A stretch of 34,898 bases of DNA, taken from contig JNEM01008304.1 in NCBI GenBank assembly GCA_000697335.1, forward strand, positions 1-34,898, in the 5' to 3' direction. This document shows, piece after piece, positions 22,441-34,898 of this stretch. The notes beneath the pieces were generated by a model. It saw nothing but the letters and a program-made list of their open reading frames with translations. It did not search any database and was not told where the DNA came from. This stretch comes from Conidiobolus incongruus B7586 (lineage: Eukaryota). How positions within the stretch are numbered: position 1 is the stretch's first letter; each line of letters begins with the position of its first letter. Made by a program: the position numbers and the translations under genes.

Positions 22441-23395
22441 ATGATTAAAAAGGTATTTTATCCAAATCATATTTCTTAAATTAATTTTATTTGTATAATT
22501 ATCAATATATTAATAACTTTTAAAATAGGCTAAATTTTGGTTATCAGGTCATAAAGATACCGTTGAAGATTTTAAACTTTCCCCAGACAATTCATTCTTA
22601 GGTCCTAATCATATATTAACTGGTTCAAGTAATTTACAAAATTCAAATAGTGTAGGATATAAGTTAACAATATATATAGATGATAAAACCAGTAGACTAT
22701 TTGATATCAGGACTCAAAAGAATATTAGGGGTATTGTGGGACTGCCAGATTCTGTAATTATTAATTTATTATCATTTATACCATTATTATTAATAGCTGA
22801 TTTGCTAGGTATCAAGTGTATTATTCAACGGATCCAGTTCATTACCTTTTATTTATTTGAGTAGCGGCGATAAAGTAACATATATATTATGATTAAATAA
22901 TTTTTATTAATGGTTGATAGTTATTCGTGTATGATCTCAGAAACACCAATCTGATTTATAATAAACCTTTGCAAGTTTTAGAAGTCGGTGAAGAAGTTAA
23001 CAATGTACACTATATATATATCATTAAGATGAAATATTAAACATATTTTATTAGATGGTTTTAAATTATAATAATAATACTTTGGCAATTGTGAATGATA
23101 AGGGAGAGTTGAGAACTTTTAAATGTAGTGGGAATGGGTTGGAAGTTCAGGGAACTAGAAAAGTGCATGATATGGTAAATGAATAATTATAACAATATAT
23201 TCATTTATTAATATTCTATTAGATTGCTATGGATGTCAAATTTATTGGAGAGAAAACAACTCAAGGCATTTTAATATAATATAAAATATATCGAATTATA
23301 TTAATCATATATTTAGTGATAACCGGAGGCTATGACAACTATCTCAGAATTTGGGACCTCAACAAACCCAAACCTACTGAATCCTTCAATATGGG

Positions 23396-23438
<43 letters not shown>

Positions 23439-23963
23439 ATTAGTATCAAGCATATAAACTAAATTTACATTTTACTAGCTGAATACTACGACTTAGGTAA
23501 CAAATCCAACGGAGGAGTTCAACAGATGATCAATCCTCCATTCGTTAATAGCCTCCAACTCACCGGCGATACCAAGCAAATCTTCTGCGGATGTGGCGAT
23601 GGATCTATCAAAGTGTTCTACAAATACTTGCCTCCAAAGTCCCACAAGATAGAGTGGACATGTTACAACCTTGGTGAGGCCCACAATTATATGATCACAA
23701 ATTTGGAACTGATAGAGAAGAGTGATAAGAATGTGGTGGTGAGTTCTGGTAACGATGGTAAGGTAAAGATTTGGGAATTTGGTAAGAAATTGAGTCCCAA
23801 AAATGATCAGAATGGCACTTTGGTGCAGAATTTTGAGGTGGATCCAATTCGTAAGTTTAATTGTATGAGAGTTGTCGATACTGATGTGAGCGCTATTATG
23901 TGTTCGGGTGTTGCTAAGGACAATCGAAAAGAATTTGGTGTAGGATGGTTCGATTTGATTTAG
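22441..23963 (+). CDS. WD40-repeat protein, WDR53-like
   Basis: Nine exons: 22441-22452, 22529-22628, 22680-22753, 22809-22874, 22921-23004, 23055-23174, 23223-23265, 23317-23394, 23479-23963; 353 aa in frame. WD motifs LSGHKD..TGSNDKTSRLFD, TGGYDNYLRIWD, SSGNDGKVKIWE. MINPPFVNSL..FCGCGDGSIKVF recalls WDR53. Confidence 0.82.
23401..23436. repeat. (AT)18 microsatellite within the last WD40-gene intron
   Basis: Perfect dinucleotide run read directly. Confidence 0.97.
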
Positions 23964-24077
23964 TTTAATATAGATGAATAGATTCTTTTTAGATTGTATT
24001 TAATAAAAATATTAAATTTTATTATATAATTTTACAAAATGTATATTTATTATCATAAAAATTAAAATACCTAATAA

Positions 24078-25637
24078 CTATTCAGTTTTTTTAAGATTTT
24101 CCTTAGATTCCTTAACTCTGAACTTGGGAATAAAAGGTTCTACAATTAGTCCTACAACTACAATGATGTGACCAATCCAGTACAAATTGTTATAGGTTTG
24201 GATGATTGGGGACAGTCTCAATAATGTAAAAGCTGTCAAAGCGTAGAAGAGAGCTCCAGTTGTATAGAGGTAGCAGTAAGTGTGGAGTAATACTTTGGTA
24301 ACAATATTCTTGTTCCATTGGGCAGTTAAACCTGCGAATTTCTTGGTGAGTTTGGTCTCCAATTCCATATCCAAAAATTCGAGGAAGAAACAGATGAAGT
24401 AGCCGGGCCAAATGCCGTGCCAAATGGCGAGGAAAATGAGGGCTCCCAAGGATGACAGTTGCTTGTTGTTGAGGAATCTGAGACGCTTGAAAATGTATTG
24501 CTTGACCCAGAAGTTGGTGTTGATATTGAAGGTGGCAATAATTTGAGAAAGAGCAGTAGCGGTTTCGAAGCCGTATGCGTTCAAATTGGTTAAACCGCCC
24601 CAGTCGGGATTGCCATTGTCGTCAGTACCGTTATAAGAAATTCCGGAGAGGATAACCGCGCCTTCATTGATGATCCAAGCACCCAAATACTATGAACAGT
24701 TAGAATTAATCTACGTATAACATAGAATAATAATTACCTTAGAAATGGAAGCTCTTCCATACATCCAAGTCCAGACCAATTTGTCGAAGTAAGACTTTTG
24801 AATGAATTCGGGAGATGAGAAAACGCTATAAGGATAGAGACCAGAGAGTACTTGGTAGACGCCCAAGTAGATGACACCCAACAAGAAGGATTTGATTGCA
24901 GCGCGATTACCACCACTGGGCAACTTACCATTTTCACCTACTGGCAAGTTCTTAAGTTGGATGAATTCTTTGTACAATTTGAAAGAAAATTGGGGACCAA
25001 CCAAGAAAGCGCTGAAGAAGTAGGTGTAACCCAACATTTCAATGAATGATGGCATCTTGACCAAAGCACAGTTACCACTGAATGAAACTGGAGTCTTGAC
25101 AACACCGCGGGGTGCTGTAGCAGCCTTGGGAGGTGCAGTTTCCTTAGGCTTTTCATTAGGTACATCCTTAACAGGCTTTTCATTAGCCTTTAATTGTTCG
25201 CCACCGTCCATAACATCGAAACCAAAACCCATCAAACGCAGGCACAAAACACAGTGAGGCATGGTCCAACTGACGTCGTAATCGCCCTGCATATTGGCTA
25301 GATATCCTCCCAATAAGTATGTCAAGTTGAACACGAACACGAGGCCATTGGCAACAAGACGCTGATTGGTAGCCACACCAATAGAGCACACGGCGTAGGT
25401 GAAGATGATACAAATCAAGGAGTGAATAATATCATTACCGTTGTAAAAGTAAGCCCAAGCCAAGCCACTTAAAGCCAAAAACAAACTTCTTTGAAACTCG
25501 CCTTTATCTTCGTTGTCAATAGGTCTCAAATACAGTATTCTGTAAATGTACGCTGTGGGATATCCTCCCAACAGTGTGAGTAACAGTTTTAGTGTAGGCA
25601 CTCCTAGTCCTGTAGCGTTACTTATAGCTTGAATCAT
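24078..25637 (-). CDS. MBOAT lysophospholipid acyltransferase, LPCAT3/MBOAT5-like
   Basis: Exons 25637-24738 and 24689-24078 (503 aa). Motifs SWTMPHCVLCLRL, FLVGPQFSF, FNINTNFWVKQYIFKRLRFL, catalytic WHG..PGY, C-terminal KKTE. Confidence 0.93.
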
Positions 25638-27177
25638 TTTTGTAGTGATCAGTTGATTATTAATTATTATTCTATATTACTATATTATTATATTTTAATA
25701 TTTTTATAATGAATAGTTTTTAAGCTGATCAACTTGTCCATTATTTTAGGGTCAATTGCCAATTTATAGTAGTTTGTGAATTGAGCTGCACGTGGACCCA
25801 ATTTGCCCAATTGTTCGAATAGAGAGAATTGGGCGGTGATTGACAATCTTACCAAATTTTTTATACTCAAATCAAGTATTGTCTATTCTCAATAAATTAT
25901 AGTTTGGAAATATACTCAAGATATTAAACGAATATATCTCTTAAAAGATATACCAAATAGTTAATATTGTTATATGTTTAAGAATTTTGTTGATAAATAT
26001 GGATTATTTTTTATTTTTATATATATTAACGTTAATTACATATTTTGAGAATTGATAATAAATTAGGTTCGTATAAAGATTTATGTGTAATAGATTATAA
26101 AACAGAGAAATTAGTTGCCATTGGAATTAATCGCTAGATAACTATTGCAATCGTCTAATAATATCAAAGATCAACTATTATTATATTGGTTTTAAACGAA
26201 CTCATATATTTAAAATTCTATTATTATTACTTATTGGCGTTTCAAATAATGTGTATTATAATTTTGTAATATTTTTAATGGTATCTAATATCTAGATTTT
26301 ATAAACCTAGCTACAAGAGTGGATTTTTCTAATTGTTTTGAAAACTTTGCGTATCAAGGAATTGTATTTATTGAATGATTTTAATGATTATTGAATTGGA
26401 AGTGGTCTTTATATTGAAATCATTTTAAAGATTATAACATGAAAGAATATGAAATTTCATTTTATTTTGTTTCCTTAAACATTGAATATTATGTAAATTA
26501 TAAAAACTAAATGAATAATCACTTTTATTACCAAAAATCTTTTAAATTTATTACCCAAAATCAATTTATATGATAATGGAAAATTGAATCTTATTCGGAA
26601 TAGATTGAATCGGTAAGTTTTCCCAATTCCAATTTTTCCGAGAATACATAAACAGACCATTTTCATTTGAAAATCAATTGAATTGATTGAGGAATTAAGG
26701 GTGGCTGTTAATTCTGGGACAGTTGATAAATATTAAGATAATGTTAGCTCTGATTTTATATATTATTATAAGAGTTAGTGTGAAGTTGTGAAGTTGTGGA
26801 ATTACGAGATACAAATTATACTGTTTGAGTTAAATCGCTTAATAAAAATATGAATAAAATAATTAATATGATTAAAAATTTGATTAATATATTTTTTTTG
26901 TAAATTTAATTATACCCGTGAATATTAGAAATGATAATAAAATTAAAAAAATTATGAAAATAAAAATTTAAAAGTATATAATTTGTTGTAAAACTGAAAT
27001 AGTATATAAAATAACAATATATATTTGTTTATACTGGAATTTGAAATGAAAACTTTAGAACAACTTTCAAAAGTATTAAAACACTAGATTAAGAAAATAT
27101 TGTATAATAAAAATTGTAATAATATCATAAAGGAATAAATTCTGATTTGGTTTGACAAAAATAAATTGTAATCAAAA

Positions 27178-27249
27178 TAGCAGCGAGAGGTTTCGATCCT
27201 CCGACCTCGGGGTTATGAGCCCCGCGCGCTTCCTCTGCGCTACGCTGCT
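27178..27249 (-). tRNA. Initiator tRNA-Met (CAT)
   Basis: AGCAGCG..CGCTGCT-A with A1:U72, consecutive G:C pairs in the anticodon stem and ATCGAAA T-loop: the eukaryotic initiator hallmarks. Confidence 0.97.
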
Positions 27250-28448
27250 TATTTTTCATCTTCATTTAATTAAATTCATATCAGATAAAAGAAAAAAGTT
27301 CACTCATTATCAAATTCCAATACTTTTTTTTAATCTCATTCTTATTCTAAATTCCTTCAAATCCTAATTATTTTATAAATTATTCATTCTCTAGTATAAT
27401 AACAATTTTGTCCTCCTTGAATCAAATTCATTAACCCAATATTTATATACTTATTTCTAATATTTCATATATTTAATAATTTTAAAAAAAATCATCTAAT
27501 TATCTACTAATATTTTATATAAATATTCAACAGGAAATAATCAAAATTTTAATTTATTTGCAATATTTTTTGAACTTAGACAATTATTTTACAATATAAA
27601 AGTTATTATAGTTTAATTTATTATCAGTACTCAATAATACGATTATTATATAATTTTTATTGTTATTGAATATGCTTTGATTATATTGTATTCATTTATA
27701 AATAAAATAGCCCAATTTTACATTATTACCAAAAATTAAAAAATATAATGATCTTTTGAATTTTCAATATTAGATTTATTAATAATATAGGGTATAATAA
27801 TTCTTATCAATAACAAATATTAATTGATTCATTTCCTCGTTTTTGTATAGTTATAGTTATTAATTAGTCAACAGATTTAAATTATGTAACATTTTATTTA
27901 AAGATATGACGTTTCAAAAAATTTCATAAAATTTATGAACAAATTAAATTGATTACAATAATAAGATATTTTATATTTTATATATTTGTGATGTTAATAT
28001 TATGATTTTAAAGTTCAAAAAAAAATAATTATTGCTATTTCTATATATTGAAATGAATTGGATCTACATCATCCTTTTAATATCCAAATCTAATTCATCT
28101 TTAAAATATTAAAAAATCTGGAGCCCTATCGATATATAGAATAGTATTAGATATAATATAGCACCATAAAAAACATATTTGGTAATAATATAACTAAAAA
28201 GAGATTATGGCAATAGTATAAATAGAAAATTAGAAGGTATTCTTAAAACAATTAAGACAACCCATTTAGCAATTCATCAGTCTTATCAAGTTTCAAAGTG
28301 ACTACTTTTATTTAGTCAAAATTAATAGATATTTAACCCTTAATTGTAATTCTCAAATAATTAATTTCTTTTATTGCTTTTTCACTACTTTTCTTTTATT
28401 CAATATTATTATAAGGTTTGTTATTATTAATAAATAATTAATTTTAAT

Positions 28449-29832
28449 ATGAGTGTTCCTCTAGCTCCTTGCAAGTATCGAACTGGCAAAACTTTGGGTC
28501 AAGGTACTTATGCCGTTGTTAAAGGTAATTTCTCTTTAATTTACCATATGTCATTTTACTAATTCAAAGCTCTTATATTATTTAGAAGTTTTTCACGTAA
28601 TACAAATAATATTAATCAATATTATTCTATATGAATTTACTTATAATTATTTATCAATTTAGATTGAAACTGGCGCCAAGTATGCGGCCAAAGTTTTAAA
28701 TAAAAAATTAATGCGTGGAAGGGAGCATATGGCAAGAAATGAGATTAATGTATTGACTAAAGTATCTAAAGGTCATCCTAATATTATTACTTTGGTAGAC
28801 TATTTTGAAACGACTAATAACTGTAAGTTATTTTTTATTTTGGCTTAACATTTTATTAATTAGTTGAAGTGTACTTGGTTATGGAATTAGCTACTGGTGG
28901 TGAGCTATTTGATAGAATTTGCATTTTGGGTAGTTTTTACGAGGATAAAGCTGCTGAATTGGTAAAAACTATTGTTACTGCTGTTGCTTATTTACATAAG
29001 GAGGGTATTGTTCATAGAGGTATTTAATAATAATAATATTATTATTATTATTATATCATTTTTAGTAACTTTTTTTAATAATTAATTTTGAATTTTAGAT
29101 TTAAAGGTAATTCATTATTCATTTTAAAACCACTAAATTATATATGATTATTAAATATCCAATTAGCCTGAAAATTTACTATTTCAAACTGATGAAGAAG
29201 ACTCGCCATTATTGATTGCTGATTTTGGATTGTCTCGAGTTATTGATCCTGAGCAATTTTATATGTTAACAACCACTTGTGGTACTCCAGGATATATGGC
29301 ACCAGAAATTTATTTGAAGAAGGGACATGGTCAACCTGTGTAAGTTTAATCTCATTTTCATTATCTTTTTTGGTTAATATTTGAATGAAATTATGTTAGT
29401 GATATGTGGGCCATTGGCGTAATTACCTACTTTTTACTCAATGGATCACCTCCATTTGATCACCCAACCGAACCTGATCAGCTTCAGGCAATTATTAATG
29501 CTAAATATTCCTTTACACCCAAGGAATACTGGGATCCTATCTCGTCCAATGCAAAAGATTTTATATCCAAATGTTTGGTAGCCAATCCGGAAAAGCGCAT
29601 GACTGCTGAAGAGGCATTGAAACATCCTTGGCTCAAGGAACCTGGAGAACGTAAGGACGAAGCACCTACCCAAGACTTATTACCCAATGTACGTCGCAAG
29701 CTCAGCACAAGAAAGAAGTCGCTCAAGAAGGTAGTCAATGCTGTGCGCACAGTGAATTATATGAAACAAATCCAAGAGGCTATGCCACTCGAAGAAGATA
29801 TCACTAATCAGGACGTACTTCACGCACACTAA
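28449..29832 (+). CDS. Calcium/calmodulin-dependent protein kinase (fungal CAMK1/Cmk-like)
   Basis: Exons 28449-28524, 28586-28596, 28663-28822, 28870-29019, 29099-29106, 29167-29339, 29400-29832; 336 aa. Motifs LGQGTYAVV, YAAK, ELATGGELFDRI, HRDLKPEN, DFG, TTCGTPGYMAPE, DMWAIG and a basic CaM-binding-like tail. Confidence 0.93.
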
Positions 29833-30193
29833 TATTACGACGATCTATTTGCAATAATACCATCTCATTATTTTTCTAGCTTCTGTTACAATAACAATAT
29901 CTCAAATAATATTGATTTTATATTACAAGTTTCTTAATACAATAGTGAATCAATGCTAAATAAGATGATAAAGCAATTTGATGTAATCTTCAGATGTATA
30001 GCTGATAGATAAATTTTGAATTTTTTTTTAATTTGGAGTATATATGCATTGCCTATTGATTATAAATTAACGCTCATATTAAAATTTATAAATGATATGA
30101 CAGAAACGTATAGAGTTCGAGATGAAAATATTGTAATATTGGCTAGGTGAAAAATAATATCGTATCTAATATTACCTTTCGTTTTTTATTCAA

Positions 30194-30275
30194 GACACTT
30201 TGGCGGAGTGGTTAACGCGGCGCCCTGCTAAGGCGTTTCCCTTTGGGAGCACAGGTTCGAATCCTGTAGGTGTCG
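30194..30275 (+). tRNA. tRNA-Ser (GCT)
   Basis: GACACTT..AGGTGTC-G; anticodon arm GCGCC-CT-GCT-AA-GGCGT; long variable arm; TTCGAAT T-loop; 82 nt. Confidence 0.96.
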
Positions 30276-31594
30276 AGCATCCTTTTCACATAATCATTTC
30301 CATTTTTTATAATTTTTCTCATCTTTAATTTTACTTGCTCTTATTATTTACTCTTTACCCCAGTTTTAAAATCAACAATTTATAAATTTATCATTTCACC
30401 CTCTCCCTTCATATTTTTATTTTGTCAATCTAGGAAATTCAGGTGTTTATAAATTCAATATGACTTATTTTTAGATTATTATTAAATTTTTGAAATGTTT
30501 ATAAAAGCATGCAATTTTTTTCATGATATTGATGATTGAATATTTACTACCTTTTATAAATTGTTAAAAACAATAGTCAAATAGCTGTGAAATTTGATTA
30601 TGTTTATTGATTGTGAAATTTTATTTGTACTTTTATAAACTCACAGTTATTTTTATTCTGAAAAATTTTATTAAAAATAGATTTTGATTATTTTGAATTT
30701 TATTATTATAATTGAAATGAATTGAATAATAAAATACACAAATTCTAAAATTTATATTCATATATATCCCATTATTATGTCATGTTTTGTATTCTTTTGG
30801 ATAAACATATTAAAATTAATATTGAAAATACTTCTGTTGGCATTAAAGAGTGATTGATTAATATTTTGCACTGTATATAATCTTAACATTATATTAATCT
30901 ATGAAAGCAAACTTAAATAATATATTGTGTAAATTACTAGGAATATTCATTGTTTTATTATTGTATTTAGGTTAATTTTATAAAAATATTATTTGTGAAT
31001 TAATAAAAATAAAAAAATTAATCCACTTTTTGTTATTATATTTTTGCGAAAGCGCTATTTAAACAGAACTACATCAATTATAACTATACTATTTAATAAA
31101 TAATTAACTAGAATATTACATAATATTGTATTCTTTACTATTCAATATGTTATTTACCCAATACATTTTATAGATTTCAAGAATATGGTTGATAAGATTG
31201 AATTAAAATGATGCAGCTATTTGAATATATTTCAATCCATTTAGAGTTTGAAAAATATATATATATAATATTTCGAAACTCAAAAATATTCATTATGACA
31301 AATGAACTGAATTTGATAATAAATGAGTACTGATAAAATAATATTTGATCAAGCAATTTAATAATAAACTATAAGTATTAGTCAATTATAAAGATTCAAA
31401 TTACTAGTAAAATTTTTTTAAAATTAATATTTTGAATTAAAAAAATTAATATTATAGAAGATAATATTTTTTTATTTTAAATACAAAAATTTTAATTATT
31501 TATATGTTATTTTTCGAATTGTTTAAATATTATAATTTTACAAAATCACTAAATTATAAAATATTTATATTTAAGTTTATAAAATATATCAATT

Positions 31595-32777
31595 TGAGTC
31601 ATATAAAGTATTCATTATATTGCGCTGAGAAATATAAGAAATTTATAGTAAAATTAAAATATTGTTAAATGTTTAATTTATTACTGTTTTATATATTAGT
31701 TGATGAATAAATATCAGTATTTATGATTCATAACCATTTGAATTATTATTAACGAATATGAGTCAAGTTGATGGATATGATTTTTGAAATTTATTAATTG
31801 AAAATTATCAGATTGATAAAATCAATTTCAAATATTGGATGAAATCATTGTTTTTTTTCCCAATAGTTTGTGTGATAAATCGAAATGAATATTATAAGGA
31901 TTCAAATAAATTTGATTACCTATTTTGGTAATTTAATTACTATTCTCAAATACATTTTAATTATATAATACAAATTACTAATTTTGAAAATGTGATAATA
32001 AAAGTGAGTATCAGTAATAGTTTATAATTCCTTTTATTATATATAACTTATATAAATTTTAGAGATTAAATTGAAATATAATTTAATTTATCTTTTATTT
32101 AATTTTTGTTGCAAGTTCTGATAATTACCATATATAAAATATAAAAATATTTTGTTTTACTGAATTTAGAATTTTAAAAAATCCCCAAATTATATCATTC
32201 TTTTTTAATTCATTAAAATACAGTTATATAAATTATATTACAGGTATAGTTAAAAATAATTATTAGTAAAAATTTAAGGGTAAGAATATTTACTTGGTTA
32301 AATTTGCTATTCGCATTACACTTTATACTTTCAATTATTGAAATAACTTAATGGAATTGGTAAAATTCAATCATGAGAACCAATAAAATCAAAGTAATGA
32401 GGGAAGATATAGCCAAACATCACTAAATATGAGTCATGCAATGTAAGCAATTTCATTTTTTTAATTCGAATTTTTTGGAGGATTTTCATATTTTTTCAAG
32501 TTAATTGATAGCCAAATTTATGATTTATGTACATTCCATCACCAAACCTGACTCACCTCTCATCATCTTTTCACCAAATCTTGAATTATTAAATTAATTG
32601 GATAAATCTCAAACGATCCAATAAGAAACTGAGTTTGAAAGTCACCAGGGTTCACTACTATCCAATCAAATATCACGACTATATTAATCTAACAAAATTT
32701 TAAACTGAATAAAATTAAATATTCTAGGTGTCAGAATGAATGAATAAAAGCCATAATATTTATCAAGCGGTATAAAA
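31595..32777 (+). promoter_or_regulatory. Homocitrate synthase upstream region: four Gcn4/AP-1 elements, CCAAT boxes, TATA box
   Basis: TGASTCA at 31595, 31759, 32430 (full ATGAGTCAT) and 32549; CCAAT at 32380, 32618, 32662; TATAAAA at 32771, 100 bp before the ATG. Confidence 0.7.
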
Positions 32778-32870
32778 GGAGTTCAATTCCTTGTAAGTAA
32801 TTCTTTTGTAGAATATTGATATACAATTATTTCATTTTATACATATATTTATTCACTGTAATTTATTAAC

Positions 32871-34250
<1,380 letters not shown>

Positions 34251-34898
34251 AGTATATAACAATTTCCGAATTAATTACTTTATCAATCTAGTTATTAAAA
34301 TCAATAATGTTTGCAATAAAATTGATATAATAAATTTATAATTTAATATATTAATTCTCTCATGTTAATTCCGAAATTCAAGTGACTCATATTCGATAAT
34401 TAGTTACTCAAAAATAATAAATCTGTTTTAATTTGAATAATCGCGATTTCAATCTCATCACTGATAAAATTAAATTCAAATTTCAAACTCAAGAACAAAT
34501 TGAAATTTATTTAGATTATCCATCTAATCAATTATTTATTTAATTTGTTTTGATATAAATACTCTATTAAATTTAACTTTATATATATATTATAAATATA
34601 TATATATATATTATTTATAACAAATGTAATCAAATATTAATAATAATTAAATTTGTTCATATATATTAAGTATATAATTTATTGATTTGAAATTTAAAAA
34701 ATATAAAAATAATACTTATATTTATTACTGAATATATAATGAAAAAAAAAATTATATTTTATTATACAGGAATTTTAATACTAATTAAAAATTAAAACTG
34801 ATAATATATATTAATTTTGAAAATATATTTATTTTATTTAATATATATTATTAAAATATATTTTGGAAAAAAATATCTTTTAAATAATTATTAAATAA

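Noticed and set aside
24190..25413. Several overlapping short ORFs within the MBOAT gene (similarly within PDI, kinase, MFS and LYS20)
   Set aside because: Shadow frames of GC-richer coding sequence.
27152..27367. 71-aa ORF
   Set aside because: Antisense to the tRNA-iMet gene; artefact of its GC content.
30276..30308. T4 runs right after three tRNA genes suggesting vertebrate-like short Pol III terminators
   Set aside because: Longer T runs occur within ~35 nt for three of the four genes, so there is no clear inference.

Overview
Very AT-rich eukaryotic DNA with short (~45-85 nt) introns. The fungal-type homocitrate synthase marks it as fungal. LPCAT3-like and WDR53-like genes suggest an early-diverging, non-Dikarya lineage; this is inference (Zoopagomycota such as Conidiobolus would fit). 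Bases 211-5919, blank in the ORF track, are a full-length minus-strand Ty3/Gypsy chromovirus: two ~396-bp LTRs, TATAA target-site duplication, PBS for initiator tRNA-Met, PPT, and relics of Gag zinc knuckle, PR, RT, RNase H, IN and chromodomain. It has been destroyed almost purely by C>T/G>A changes: by hand its LTRs differ by ~45-46 transitions, 1 transversion and 1 indel, and I saw no CpG in 1-6717. This RIP-like hypermutation is the most interesting signal. A related solo LTR follows (5965-6362). The rest holds a 14-TMS MFS transporter and its tandem pseudogene, a CpG-free LTR-like relic just upstream of tRNA-Lys, and genes for a membrane-anchored PDI, an orphan coiled-coil protein, SDHAF3/Sdh7, a WDR53-like protein, an LPCAT3-like MBOAT, a CaM kinase with 8- and 11-nt microexons, and homocitrate synthase preceded by four Gcn4/AP-1 sites. 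There are four tRNA genes (Lys-CTT, elongator Met, initiator Met, Ser-GCT). All counts and gene models were made by eye and need computational confirmation.
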